NCBI GenBank assembly: GCA_011109175.1
Contig: RDEW01000004.1
Location: 892,030 to 956,029 of the forward strand
Reading direction: 5' to 3'
Origin: Dicyema japonicum
Taxonomy: Eukaryota > Animalia > Dicyemida
DNA length: 64,000 bases
Shown here: positions 25,721 to 40,290 of the stretch, one piece after another
Layout of the letters: each line of letters opens with the position of its first letter
Position numbering within the stretch: position 1 is the stretch's first letter
Program-made: the position numbers and the translations under genes
The notes under the pieces: generated by a model
Seen by the model: the letters and a program-made list of their open reading frames with translations, nothing else
Told to the model about the DNA's origin: nothing
Database searches by the model: none

Positions 25721-26565
25721 TATTGATTGAACCAAATGTCCTTTCAATTTCCTGCTTCTTTCGATTCCATAAATTCGACAAAGATGAAGATGGATGCACT
25801 TTATCACTTCATTATGTCTTCGGAGATAATCACTATTTTGCATTTTACCACACTGAGTGGCCAAATGATCAACAATTTTTTTGCTTTCTTTACAATGGTT
25901 GCATAATGACCACGTGTGTGCAAAAATCAAATTCCTATCTTACAGAAAACAGTACAATGCTTCGCTCCGTGGGCCGTTATTTCCCTTGTATAACCATTCC
26001 GAGGAAGTATATAGGTCGACATTTGTTTCATCAATACATCTGAACAAAATAGAATGTAAGGTTCTGCAATAAATTTTATTTAATAAATATTTCCTCTGAG
26101 TGTCCTTGAGAGACTTAATATCCATGCTTTCCTTGTCGGCAATTGCATATTTAGAGGCAAGAAATCCTGTGATTGTAGCCAAGTGCCATTTTTTGTCTTT
26201 ATTGCTCGCAGAATCCCCGACCTTCGCAAACACACAGTCGATTGTTTTTCCAAACTTTAAAAAGAACTGGAAAAGTATTAATTCGCTCTTAAACGAAATT
26301 GAGGTAAGTCCTCTTCCAAAAGTCTTCCTGTCCAAATACAGCCTCTTTTTATTTGCAGGTTTGAGGTGCAACTTGAGTAAGCTAGGAAAATTGCGTACTC
26401 ATTTATTGCGCGAAATAAGTTCACAGAATTTAACTTTGTTTTTGAAAGCATGGTTATTCTCTTCTTAACATTTTCAAGTATGGACTCCATAACTTTGCTT
26501 TTAAGAACATTACTTCCCTCATCTTCAAAAACACCCAAATATCGATATCCACTGAATCCTTCCAG
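25715..26565 (-). mobile_element. R4/Dong-like non-LTR fragment (RT C-terminus plus CCHC finger)
   Basis: YLGVFED, LNSVNLFRAINEYA, RLYLDRKTFGRGL, CNHCKE..DHLATQC..YLRRHNEV. Confidence 0.8.
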
Positions 26566-27549
26566 TTCAGTTTGTATCTACTAAATTGAACAGGGAGTAT
26601 TTGAGGTACTTGGAAGTTTATAGAAAAATCCAAGCATATTTTTAAGAGGAAACTTAAGAACGTATCCTTTGGCGCACTTAATGCGAATTTTCTTGTGCAT
26701 AGTGCAAGAGGATAATAGTAAACAGCTGGACAATATCATCGCTAGAAGGGGAGAAAAGACACATTAAAAAGTTAGTCTGGATCAGTGGTTCTCAACTGCG
26801 GGCCAAATCAATAATTAACAATTGGTTCACGGGCCGCAAAATTTTTAAGAAAATTAAACTTTATTAACTAAAATTAATGTGAGAATTGAATCTGCTTTCC
26901 ATTTACTATTCTTTCAAAACAGGAACTCAGTTTTGATGACGACGTAGAAGAGTGCAGTGTGACGATTGCCGGGCTAGAGGCTTGAAGGTCGCTCGTTCGA
27001 ATCCCGATACAGCACATTTCGGTTAAAGGTTCCACGCATCAATATGCTTTGGCTTGAATAGTAAACTTTACCGTCATAGGAACAAAATGTCAAATATACT
27101 AAAGTCCTCTCATGTGCTGCACATGTGACTATCTTTTCCACTAGGTTATTCAAGATATTCAGTTTTCTTGTTTAATGAATTTCAAAATACTACTGTGATA
27201 TTAAAACATCCAAAGTCAAGCATAACAGTAGCATTAACCAAGAATTTTAATTGAATCAAATTCCCCAAAGTCATATTACACGCTTCAAAAATAATTGCTA
27301 AATATTTTTCTTTATAAACAAATTTTTTAAACGATTTTTGCAATTTTGAGAAAATGAATCTTCTATTTTACACATTATTTTTTGCTTTCGCCGGTAATCT
27401 ATTTGAAGCAATTTTAGACAACAAGCAATATACCAGAACATTAGAGGTGGCGACTGTTATCGATGACGGATTTGTTTTCATTTTATATTTTACGCATAGC
27501 AAAAAGGCTTCGACTACAATGAGGATCAAATGAGAGAGTATGTAAATAA

Positions 27550-28147
27550 NNNNNNNNNNNNNNNNNNNNNNNNNNNNNNNNNNNNNNNNNNNNNNNNNNN
27601 NNNNNNNNNNNNNNNNNNNNNNNNNNNNNNNNNNNNNNNNNNNNNNNNNNNNNNNNNNNNNNNNNNNNNNNNNNNNNNNNNNNNNNNNNNNNNNNNNNNN
27701 NNNNNNNNNNNNNNNNNNNNNNNNNNNNNNNNNNNNNNNNNNNNNNNNNNNNNNNNNNNNNNNNNNNNNNNNNNNNNNNNNNNNNNNNNNNNNNNNNNNN
27801 NNNNNNNNNNNNNNNNNNNNNNNNNNNNNNNNNNNNNNNNNNNNNNNNNNNNNNNNNNNNNNNNNNNNNNNNNNNNNNNNNNNNNNNNNNNNNNNNNNNN
27901 NNNNNNNNNNNNNNNNNNNNNNNNNNNNNNNNNNNNNNNNNNNNNNNNNNNNNNNNNNNNNNNNNNNNNNNNNNNNNNNNNNNNNNNNNNNNNNNNNNNN
28001 NNNNNNNNNNNNNNNNNNNNNNNNNNNNNNNNNNNNNNNNNNNNNNNNNNNNNNNNNNNNNNNNNNNNNNNNNNNNNNNNNNNNNNNNNNNNNNNNNNNN
28101 NNNNNNNNNNNNNNNNNNNNNNNNNNNNNNNNNNNNNNNNNNNNNNN
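27550..28147. other. Assembly gap (598 N)
   Basis: Run of N; ORFs that span it are artefacts. Confidence 1.
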
Positions 28148-28291
28148 TATAATCAAACATAGAAATGATTTTGGTAAAATAAAGCGATAAGGCAAATTGA
28201 TGGAGCGTTAAATTGACAACTCTCAATTTGAATGGATTTAGCTGCGTTGTCAAAAAACTAATTTTCATAAAATGATAATAGGACTAAAATC

Positions 28292-29918
<1,627 letters not shown>

Positions 29919-30199
29919 ATGTAGATTATGGGATGAATTAATTACAACTAAAATAGTTTTTTTAAATTTATCTTAATTAAACAAAAATATATATATTTGT
30001 AATAATTAATTTTTAAATATTTTAACCATAAAAACTATAAATGGACATATTTAATTTTTCTATTTCAAAGAAATATACATTTTTGGAATTAAATTCATAA
30101 AAAATGGAGCCTCGAGAAATCATTAAAAACCAAGACCTAAACACAGTTGGCTGTGGCTGTGACGTCCCTCAACTGCACCTATGTCTAAAACACCCCTTA

Positions 30200-31512
30200 A
30201 GAAATCTTGCTTATTAAAAATCAAGACTTAACACAATTTGTAAATCTGAGCACTTGGATGCAATTTTTACTAAGACCTGATGTGGATTATTCGGGCACAT
30301 ATTACGGATGTATCACATCTTCCTGCTTACGAAATTATGGAATCATACTTCTTCTTATCAGGCGCTTTTAGAGAGAGCCACGAAGAACTTTGCCATCAAT
30401 AATGAACATCGATCTAAAACATGTTAAAATGGCATTAGAAGACGCAGATGAGTTAGACAGCTCGAGAAGAGCGTGAAGGAGTCTAACAGATGGATCATCT
30501 GGGGGGTGGGATAAGCCATGGGTAGGATATAACTTTCTTAGTTTATTAATTTTTAATGAACTTTGAAAGATATTTGGCTGAGTTTGGTGATCTAACATGG
30601 AATTAAGGCGAAGTCATATCTGTTCCTTGCCGACTCGTAGATCTGACACGTGCTTATTGTGAGGACACTTCAAGAGGCGAGGTGATTCATTTGAAAGAAA
30701 AGATGGGATGGAGATGAGTCAACGGTGAGGTTTTCTAATGATTTCTTGAAATAGAGTATGACTGATTGAGCATCCATTGACTCATGACTCATTTTACTAG
30801 AATGACCCAGTCTAAGGAAATTGCCTGCCCAATTTATTCACAATTCGGGAAACTGCCAACAGAGTTATCGCTTTAATTCTCAGCATATACCCCTTGAAGT
30901 GCTTCCACTCGCAGCGACTATTCCTAAAGACGGTCAACCTTCAAACAGGTCACCTCTACAAAATCCTTCTCTGATACCTTGAACCTCCCCAAATATGAGC
31001 TGACTTAAGGCCAAGTGGAAAAAGAAGTAGTATTTGCTGGTATCAGCTTCTCCCTTGTTCGTCTGGGATCATTTAGTTAGCTGAGGACATTTCTCTTTTA
31101 ACCCAGTGATCAATGACAATAAATAGATTGAGTCGAATTAGGAGAGGCTGAACGTCTGATAATATCGGAAGTGCGTGTGTTCGAATCGGAAAAATGGAGT
31201 TTTAAGCGAAGGTCAAATCTCGTCTAACAGATCCCATCCGTGAGGTGACGATTCCTTCTGGCACGACACAGTAGTTGATAGGGATCTTCTTACTATCTCC
31301 CTGACCAGATTCACTGGTGAAGATTACCATTATAAAAACTCTTCCGTCGAAGAATGAAGAGATGTCCGCGACAGTAGGATGTGTGATTAAAATGGAAGAG
31401 GTCGAACCTCTGTTTCGAAACAGAAGCCTGTAGTGGACTATTGGAGGGTCGATTGGTCGGTATAAGCAGACGTTCGCCCTTAGGTTCCTTCCTTGGATTA
31501 ATTAGTTATGAT
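30200..31512 (-). mobile_element. Highly degenerate REL-type non-LTR element, split by the hAT insertion (remainder at 39048-39095)
   Basis: IDV..KKKYD endonuclease-like remnant near 30350-30410; homology to 15300-15528. Confidence 0.45.
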
Positions 31513-32109
31513 TAAGGCAATTTTTGTCAATAAAGTCAAAAATATGTTCTTTAAAATTGTTTAAAACTTATAAAAATGTGATTTTTAATCAAAATATTAT
31601 ATAAATCAAAATTTAATTTTTTAGGTCAATAAAGTCAAAATTTTTATTGATTTTTTATTTTTATTTATTAATTTTTAGAGTTTTTGAATAAACACAAGCG
31701 TGTCATCAACTGTTGTGCCGCATTTAAACCACGAAAGTCGTTGAAAAGGTTAAGACCGTTATTAGAGAATATCCTGGTGAATTTTCTATCAACTCAAGAA
31801 TTTTTAACAACAGCTTTTTATTGAGTCTTTTGTCTAAGAAATATTTCAAACTAACAAGTTTATCATTTTTATTAGTATTTTACAGGTGCTACTGTAAAAA
31901 TATCTGATTTTCTCATTCCATTCACTGACTCTACGATCACTGAGGTCACTAATGCTTAGTCGAATATGATTTTCCTTGCATAAGTTGAACAGTAAATTTA
32001 AAAGACTTGTTTGAGGGTATAGGATATCGTTTTACTTACTTCTATGTAAAAGTGTAGAAAATTTATGGAAAAGTAACTTGACCGAAGCTATTTTTGAGTT
32101 TTTTACTAA

Positions 32110-34430
32110 TAAGAATAAACACCAGAGACCACTGTTACACAAACTAACTAATCACGTGATCCAGCACGCACTAGCAGGGTCCCCATCTTGGCCCGATGCT
32201 TGACCCCACACAAGCACTTATCGGTCGAGTGACTGGACTTTCCAGTCACGACGGCGCATTCCATGGTTCATTCGTATCAAGGCTTCAAGAGGCATTGTGG
32301 CTGGAACTCTCCAGAAATCGAGCGTTCCGTGATTTTGGAGGCTCTTGTCCGGCTAGCTTTGATCTTCAAGACATTCGTCCAAAAGATGAATGGGCCCCAT
32401 ATACCACATGCATAAAAGATCCATATATACAGTGCTCAAAACAGAATGGTTTTCAATCTTCCATAAGTCAGTGAGGTATTTCAGAACATTAGTTTTCATT
32501 TCGCATTTCGCAATGACGTTCTCTACATGGGCGAGAATTACATGTGCATGTCAAAAGTCACCCCAAGGATCCTTTGAGATCTTCTAAAAGGAATAGCTTC
32601 ATTGTTTGCCTTCAACCGTCCGTCTTCCCAGTCTCTTGTCTCAAGTAAATAGGGTTGTGACGGACTTTTCACTGCTGGCAGTTAGGCGATTCTTCGATAT
32701 CCATTCGTCAAGACGGTCCAGGTTTTCTTGCAATTTCGAAGAGGCAATTTGGATGTCCTGATCGCGTGACGCAATGACGATGTCGTCGGCACAAGTTAGA
32801 ACAATATCATTTTCGGAGTCTGGAGTGGGAGGTCCGCCATGAATAGGTTTAATAAAACTGGAGACAAGGAGGATCCTTGGGGAACCCCATTAGGGAGAAG
32901 CCGTGAAATAGACCTTGACTGGCCAATGCAGACGCTTCCTCTCCGAACACTAAGGAAGTTAGCTAGCCAGAGTTTGAGCTTTCCAGGATCTTTGTTTGGT
33001 AAATTTTCCAAGTAAGAATCCTCCTTGACACAGAGTCAAAAGCTTTGTGGACGTCTATGCAGCAAAGTACAGTTTTCATGAGTCCCGGCCTGTGCGAGAA
33101 ACCATATCGTATAAAGTTAGTCAATGCAGATAAATGGGTCGAAGTAGACCTCTCCTTTTTAAAACCATGTTGAAATGACAAGTCCGGGAGGAAATTTTTG
33201 ATTTTCGCAAGAACCAGCCTTTCCAGAATTTTCGACACCGAACACAATAACGCTACCAATCTGTATGAAGCTGGTCCTCCTTCACTTTACTAGGACGTAG
33301 GTGGGCAAGCTTCCATAAAGCTGGAATATCATTTTTGTTACTGGAGTGGTTAAATATCTTCGCTAATGCAGCGATTCCATAGTCTCCCAGATTTTTTTAG
33401 GAGGATCATTGGGATCTTATCCGGTCCGTTAGAATAGGTTGTTTTAATGGCTTTCAATGCATATCTCACGTCGTTTTCAGTGAAGTGTATCGTACCCGGT
33501 TCCTTTTTCGGTTTACTGAGATATTTTGGGGATACATCCGACTTCTTATGGTCTTGATGGGACATTTTCACATAGTATTTTATTAGGTTGTTTAAGTCAT
33601 TTTGGCTGTGGCCACTCCACTCTTGAGAACTTATCCTTCAGTCTGAACTTATCCTCAGTAGTCAGCCAGACTTTTTAAGTTCGTTTCTTTCCTTGGTTAA
33701 TGCCGACCTGCCATATCCCCTGGTGTAGTTAAGGTGGTGTTTAGGTACGGAGAGTGATCTCGCATCCAAGATAGTGTGGTTTACATAAGCGACTACTTTG
33801 TCCATGGAAGTAATGCCATGTAGGTACTGCAGTAGGTTGTCAGTAAGTGTACAGTAAAGTCTCCAGTCTGCGCGTTTGTAGTTGAATTGTTCTGAGTAGC
33901 CTCCTCTTAGTTGACGTTTCTTTCTTGATCTTCAAAAGAATCGCAATATGGTCACTTCATGAGTTGTAAGTAACTGACCAAGTCGATATTGCCGCCAGGC
34001 CGGGAGAACAAAGCTTGATGTCTGGAGAAGTTAGTTGGTCTGACTCCTTGAAAGAAGTTGTCGTATGTTTTGACGGGTCATTCATGACCGTGAAAATCCC
34101 TGTCTGCGAATGTAGTACATTTCCTCTTGAGTCGGACGGTTGACTTGCCAGCCATAGATGGTCTTTGGCGTTGATATTCTCCCAACGAAGGAAGCCAAAG
34201 TAGATAAATTAGCCATAGTGTACTGCTTCGGGCAAGAACCAGGTGGAGCCACATGGACGTTCACAAAGGTATTTTTTCCATTTGTTGTTCCAAGTGAGAC
34301 TGCATTGACTTCAGTAACATCGTCGTCTCCCAAGATATTCTTCACCACTGAAGTGATGTCCATATATTTGAGGTCTTTCCGATATAAAATAAGTAGGCCA
34401 CCACCCAGCTTCCTCTTCCGGTCAGTCCGT
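32110..34430 (-). mobile_element. Degenerate APE+RT LINE
   Basis: GGGLLILYR, QHGFKKERST, IDVHKAFDSV, GVPQGSSLSP, ADDIV; near-identical segments to 16450-17590. Confidence 0.85.
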
Positions 34431-34431
34431 A

Positions 34432-34648
34432 TTGACTTTGACGAGTAATGCCTTCATCAGTGGATACTCACTGCGGAACTGGATTGTCTAGAAAGGACAC
34501 TCACACAAGAAAAAAAAGAAGTGAAGATCATTCCTTGGTTCAACAATTAGTTAAAATTAACTGTTCTTTACTTAAATAAAGTGTGTCCTGCCTATGCGGA
34601 GCTATAAATACTATGGCTCTCGTGAAAAGGCTTTATTATTATTATTAT
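34432..34648 (+). mobile_element. 5'-truncated SINE with (TTA)n tail
   Basis: Matches 37757-37950; ends ggctctcgtgaaaaggctttattattattatta. Confidence 0.85.
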
Positions 34649-35645
34649 GAAATCAAAATGGAATAATTTTTTAGAAAAATACAGGTAAATTAATTTTTCA
34701 CTTTAGACGAATCATATTTTTAAGGCACTTTCACGAAAGCCATAATGTTTATAGCCCCACATGTGCAATACTCATGTTAACAATATTTATAGTTAGTAAA
34801 TCATATTCTGGTCTAGAACTTCACGTTAGAAAGGCTATTTTTACTGAAAATTTAAGATTTATTGACAACCAAAATTTACTTTAAGCAAGGAAAAGTTTTG
34901 TATGAATTAGGAATTAATCAGTTTGCTGACATGGTTATTTCATAAATATTTTTATAGGCACAAAGAGAAATCATCAAACCCAGCAAATTCAATTATATAA
35001 TAATTATAATTCTTGTGGTACATTGGAAAATGAATTACTTGGAGATTACACTATCCATATCATTCGTCTTTTAATTGGGTAAATCGAAATGTGTAAATGA
35101 TATAAAATACCAAGGAGCTATGTGTGAGCCATGTTTTGCATTTGCCGCAGTTAAAATTGATTAATGTATTTAGTTGGCTTCGTTGGAGTCACACTTTCCA
35201 ATCAAACACAATAAACTTATATCAATGAACGAACAAAATATGGTCGATTGTCTGATTGAAGGATCAACGGTACACCTGTAAGTGCTGTGCATAAATACAT
35301 TCGAAATAACGGAGAAATTAATTCTGACAACGGTATCCATGTATTGCCAAACTAATTTCGACGAAGATAGGCTGGTAAATGAAAAATGGAGGTCAACCAG
35401 ATATTAAAATACTTAGAAGAGGTGATGAAAAATGCTTTTGCGTGCTCTTGTACATGGTGGTCCTGTTACAGTTAATATATTAATTTTTAAGAGTTGAATT
35501 GAATGAAAAAATTTAGGAATATTCCATTTCAAAAATTGTTCACCCCAAGTTCATTACCATTCAATTTCAGTAGTTGGTTATGGAGTTTCAAAAGGAGAAA
35601 AGTATTGGCTCATAAAAATTCATGGGGTAAAATGTGGGGGATATA
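34641..35645 (+). pseudogene. Cathepsin L-like (papain C1A) pseudogene retaining mini-introns; disrupted by an 80-bp RTE tail (34719-34798, TSD aatcatatt)
   Basis: Propeptide WNNFLEKY, ERFNIN-like RKAIFTENLRFIDNQN, LGINQFADM; QG.CEPCFAFAA (catalytic Cys), EQNMVDC, HSISVVGYG, YWLIK[N]SWG. Confidence 0.8.
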
Positions 35646-35650
35646 TTGCA

Positions 35651-35830
35651 ATTAAATTGTGGTTGCCAATAAATCTTAAATTTTCAGTAAAAATAGCCTT
35701 TCTAACATGGAGTTTTGAGCCAGAATATGATTTGTCTAAAGTTAAAAGTAATTTAACTGTATTTTTCTTGAAAATTATTCAATTTGATTTCATAATAATC
35801 AAAGGATAGATTCGTATTTGAATTGAATTT
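35651..35830 (-). pseudogene. Inverted second cathepsin L-like fragment (propeptide exons only)
   Basis: The reverse complement aligns to 34641-34716 plus 34799-34878, including the intron; YYEIKLNNFQEKY|..RKAIFTENLRFIGNHN. Confidence 0.75.
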
Positions 35831-36720
35831 TAGATGAACGTTAGTAAAGTTATCTCGCTTGTGCCCCCTCTCCTGGATCCGTTTTGTTAATGGCTTCCAG
35901 TTCCCTCTGTACCTCGATAGGTCCCTCAGGTGCTCAAGATTATCTGCCGACGTCAACTCTTTCCCAATCGAAGTTAGGTCTGATGTTCAAAATCAAAAGA
36001 AACAAAATTATGCGATAATCAAGAAAAAATGTCAGATAAACCACGATGAAATAAAATAATTAAACAATATAGTAAAAACAACGAAAATTAGGCCGATCAT
36101 TTTATTTAATTATATATTTTTCATTTAAATATTATTATATTATCCAATTATTTAAAAAAAATATATTATTAAATTTAACTGAGTTCCTCAAGTTGTACCA
36201 CCCGTTTCAATCCTCATGAAAAAGTGTACCTATACATTGTGATTCCTTATGGTTTCATTAATGTCTCCAGTAAGTTTGACTTATCTGCCCGGACACGAAG
36301 ATTGACCCGGGTTCTCTCATCCTATGCGATTTATACAGCATTAACATTAACAAAGGAAAGTAAAGAGTCTATTAATTTGAGGCTTCTCACTACAAGTCAT
36401 GCTTGGTCTCTCCTCTGCGTCCTCAGAACCCTTTTATGATTTATTCTGTGTTGCGACATTATAGTCAACTGATGGTATTTCATCTTAGGAAGTTTTCCAT
36501 CTTTTTCTCTGTCGCATCTCTGATTGACATTACTAACAAATCTTCATCTAACTTATCGTCGAGCCTCTTGCGCAGGACTGCTCCCCTCGATTTTTAAAGA
36601 ATCAAGATAAAACGCTCCTTGTCTGTAGTTAATGCCATGTTGTTAGATTAAATACTCGAAAAAATATTCGATATTCAAAAAATTAATGATTTTAATGATT
36701 GAAATTATCGAGTAATGTAT

Positions 36721-36950
36721 CCGGTGAATCTTCACTGATGACGACGTCACTCGTCAAGCTCTTTTAGCACTGTAGATGGTGGAACCCTCCACCAGGAGCA
36801 GAATCGAACCCGTGACTTAAGCCACATTGCCCGACACCTAACCACTATGCCACCCGGCTTAAAAAGTAAAGAGCATTCCTTGGTTCTCCTCTACGATTAG
36901 TTATAATAACTGTTCTTTACTTAAATTAAGTGTGTGTTCTGCACGAGCGA
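36721..36950. mobile_element. SINE copy with the 5' half (36721-36857, minus) inverted relative to the 3' half (36871-36950, plus)
   Basis: Both halves align to the 37641 copy, in opposite orientations. Confidence 0.7.
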
Positions 36951-37640
36951 AACCCTAGGCATTCAACGTGCTTATGGCAACGCGGAAGTCTTACTTTTTT
37001 ATTGATGAATGTTTTGATGAAATTGAAGAAGATAATGATGTATATGACTTTGATTTATTCCAGACTATCTTCCTTTTTTATGAAGTCAGAATGAAAGTGA
37101 CGGTAGGAATAATTAAATATGGGGAAAAATAACATTACTTTAATAAATAATGTTCTTTTTGTTTGTTTATCGAATTATATGGAAAACCTATGTTTTGGAA
37201 ACCTCAGATTTTGGGCGTTTCGTGCTTCAATTAGAGGTCGGACTGTATATATAGATTTATCTTTAGATTTTATTTGCGGGTGATATCTCTGCTGTACATA
37301 GAGCGACTCAATCAAGTCATTATCGGTGGATACAAAGTCCAAATAATCCGCAAATCTAAGTTCGGTGATTTGGTGATATTAGGGCCCATAGTAATTCTCA
37401 GTTCCGCCTCCAAATATACAGCTAACAAAAAAAAATAAACCCAGAAAGTTCTAAATAACTTGTAGTTGTAGAAAATCTCAAAATTTATAATAAAAATTTT
37501 TATTGTTATTATTAAAATGATGAGTTACAGTTTAACTTTGAGAGGGTATGAATAAACTAATAAATTTCTTGCATAAAAAATAGAAAATTTTATTGAAATT
37601 GGCTATCTTTTTAACATAATTCTGGTCAGAAGAAAAAATT

Positions 37641-37950
37641 GGGTGGCATAGTGGTTAGGTGTCTGGATAAAGTTGCTTAGGCTACGGGTTTGATTCTCGC
37701 CGCTGTTCACCTGGTGGAAGGTTCCACATTCCACGCATCTACGATGCTAATAGGGTTTGACGAGTGATGCCGTCATCAGTGGATACTCATTGCGGAACTG
37801 GATTGTCTAGAAAGGACCCACACACAAGAAAAAAAAGAAATGAAAATCATTCCTTGGTTCTACGATTAGTTAAAATTAACTGTTCTTTACTTGAATAAAG
37901 TGTGTGTCCTGCCTATGCGAAGCTATATATATGGCTCTCGTGAAAAGGCT
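37641..37950 (+). mobile_element. Full-length ~310-bp tRNA-derived SINE with RTE-like 3' tail
   Basis: A-box TGGCATAGTGG and B-box-like GGGTTTGATTC; several copies in the window; tail matches the RTE 3' end at 47830-47898. Confidence 0.85.
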
Positions 37951-38639
37951 AAAAAACAGAGAAATTGTCCTGAATTTGTTGAATATTACTGTAAAAATTT
38001 TATTAAAGTAAAAAATGACTATAATTTTGATGGAAATGGACTTTTAATATAAAGATGCTTGGAAGTAATCTATTAAATGAACTAGGGAGCAATTTATCAG
38101 CTATATTATGTCAATATTCAAAAAATGGCCAGTAAGACTCTGTAAAGGTTTTCCCAGACACCTCTAAACCCTACACCATTTGAGGAATTAGTGAGGAAAA
38201 CCGGAGCCTTACTACCACCCAAAAAGTTAGAAACCCCCGCCCAATCCGGAAATGCGTTGGAATATTGGAGGAACACCGAGCAAGAATGAGATGGCTAGTA
38301 GAGGCGGCCGGAATCACCTGACGGTCATGTAGTTATTTAATTTGTGGGTTTTTTGGTTTTAATAAATATTAGTTTATAAATTGATAAAGATAACAGGGAA
38401 AACTTACTTCACATGGAAGACGCAGCTGCATGTTAAAAAATTGTACTTCAGTAACAATTTGTGGATAATTAAAAAGTATCTGGAATCTAGATTTTCTGTT
38501 AACAAGTTTTTTTTCTATTAAAATGGAAAAACAACATATTGTTTTCCTTGAAAAATATCCTTCCACGTCATTATTTAGTCAGACAAGATTTTTATTATTG
38601 ATACAATTATATTATTGAACTCTCCCGTCACATCCTCCT

Positions 38640-38826
38640 ACCTCTTTCCTTAGAGCACTTGGGTGTCTATTGACCAAAGCCTCGAGGGAGCGCAGGGAAA
38701 CCGAGTGGCTTTTCCAAAGGATATCCCTGGCAGTAGTCAGAGGTAACAGCCACTCGATCATATCCGCTGGACTTTAGAACGATTTTATTGTTATAAATAA
38801 ATATTTTATTTGTTATAAAAAAAAAA
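38640..38826 (+). mobile_element. CRE-like 3' end with AATAAA and A tail
   Basis: RETEWLFQRISLAVVRGNSHSIISAGL*. Confidence 0.75.
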
Positions 38827-39169
38827 TTATTATCTAAAGACCGAAATTTTTAACCTGAAAAAAGTTTTTAATTACATTATTCTATATTTTAATAAAGTTT
38901 AGATTAGTTTTTTTATATAAAAAAATTTTTTTTCATGATAAATTTTTCATAAAGTCAAAAAAAGGTCAAAATTTTGAATTTTTAAAGTCAATAAAGTCAA
39001 TTTTATGTCGAAATTTCGTATTTATAAAGAAAATAAAAATCGCCCTAGTTATGACTGTTTGTGCTGGCTCAAAGAAAATTGTATGTCTGGGGTTAAAAAA
39101 TAAATAAATTAGGAGAGAGGTTAAATTAACTTTTCTAAGATTAGGCTAATCTCCGATTGTGAAGATATN

Positions 39170-40290
39170 ACCATTTGAATTCCAAAATCTTTAATCTATA
39201 TTAATGGTTACTATATACCAATATTATATAACATTCTGGAATCAACAACTACGCCTATACAATTATATTATGAATTTTATCTACGAGATGAAGGTTAAAC
39301 CTATAATATTATTATTGCAATTACTGCCGATTAGTATATCTAATTGAATTCAAATCTCTATTATATTTTAAGGGATACTATTTAGCAATATAAATAACCA
39401 CCGGGATTCAAACTACGACGCCTATTCAATTATATTATGAATTTTATCTACGAGATGAATTTTAAACTATTAATATTATTATTGCAATTAGTGCCGATTA
39501 GTATAACCATTTGAATTCAAATCTCTATTATATTTTAAGGAATACTATTTAGCAATAAGATAACCACCGGGAATCAAACTACGAAGCCTATTCAATTATA
39601 TTATGAATTTTATCTACGAGATGAAGGTTAAACCTATAATTATTATTATTAATTACTGCCGATTAGTATAACCATTTGAATTCAAATCTCTAATATATAT
39701 TAAGGAATACTATTTAGCAATATAATATAACCACCTGAATCAAACTACGACGCCTATACAATTATATTATGAATTTTATCTAACACATGAAGGTTAGACC
39801 TATAACATTATTATTGCAATAAGTGCTGATTAGTATAACGATTTGAATTCTAATCTTTAACTAAATTAATAGTAACTATAGGCCAATATTATATAACCAC
39901 CTGGATTCAAACTACGACGCCTATCCAATTATATTATGAATTTTATCTAACACATGAAGGTTAGACCTATAACATTATTATTGCAATAAGTGCCGATTAG
40001 TACAACGATTTTAATTCAATTTTTTAATATATATTAATCGTTACTATTTACCAATATATATAACCTTCTGGGATCAACAACTACGCCTATACAATTATAT
40101 TATGGTTTTAATCTGCGAGATGAAGCTTAGACCAATAACATTATTATTGCAATAAATGTCGATTAGTATAACGATTTGAATTCAAATCTTTAATATTTAT
40201 TAAGTGTTACTATTGGGCAATGTATTTTAACCAGCTGGATTCAAACTACGACGCCTATACAATTATATTATGAATTTATCTACGATATGT
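39170..40290. repeat. AT-rich tandem satellite, ~165-168 bp unit, ~6.7 copies
   Basis: Anchor a(c/g)atttgaattc at ~39170, 39339, 39506, 39671, 39838, 40005 and 40171; conserved aactacgacgcctat-caattatattatgaattttatcta. Confidence 0.95.

Larger units (their letters stand above)
31513..39047. mobile_element. 7.5-kb hAT-like TIR-bounded unit with 8-bp TSD (gttatgat/gttatgac) carrying nested retroelements and cathepsin-L relics
   Basis: TIRs taaggcaattttt (31513) and aaaaatcgcccta (39047); TSD 31505-31512 vs 39048-39055; the flanks rejoin to match 15300-15528; subterminal aataaagtcaa repeats. Confidence 0.75.

Noticed and set aside
27368-28268. Long ORFs of 210-275 aa in the ORF track
   Set aside because: They run through the 598-N gap and are artefacts.
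34792-35739. ~87-bp inverted repeats first read as transposon TIRs around the cathepsin
   Set aside because: The arms encode the cathepsin ERFNIN propeptide themselves, so they are an inverted gene duplicate and not TIRs.
37641-37710. Possible tRNA genes (also at 8937, 36790-36857 and 61990-62057)
   Set aside because: A/B boxes are present but there is no proper cloverleaf, and each continues into the SINE body.
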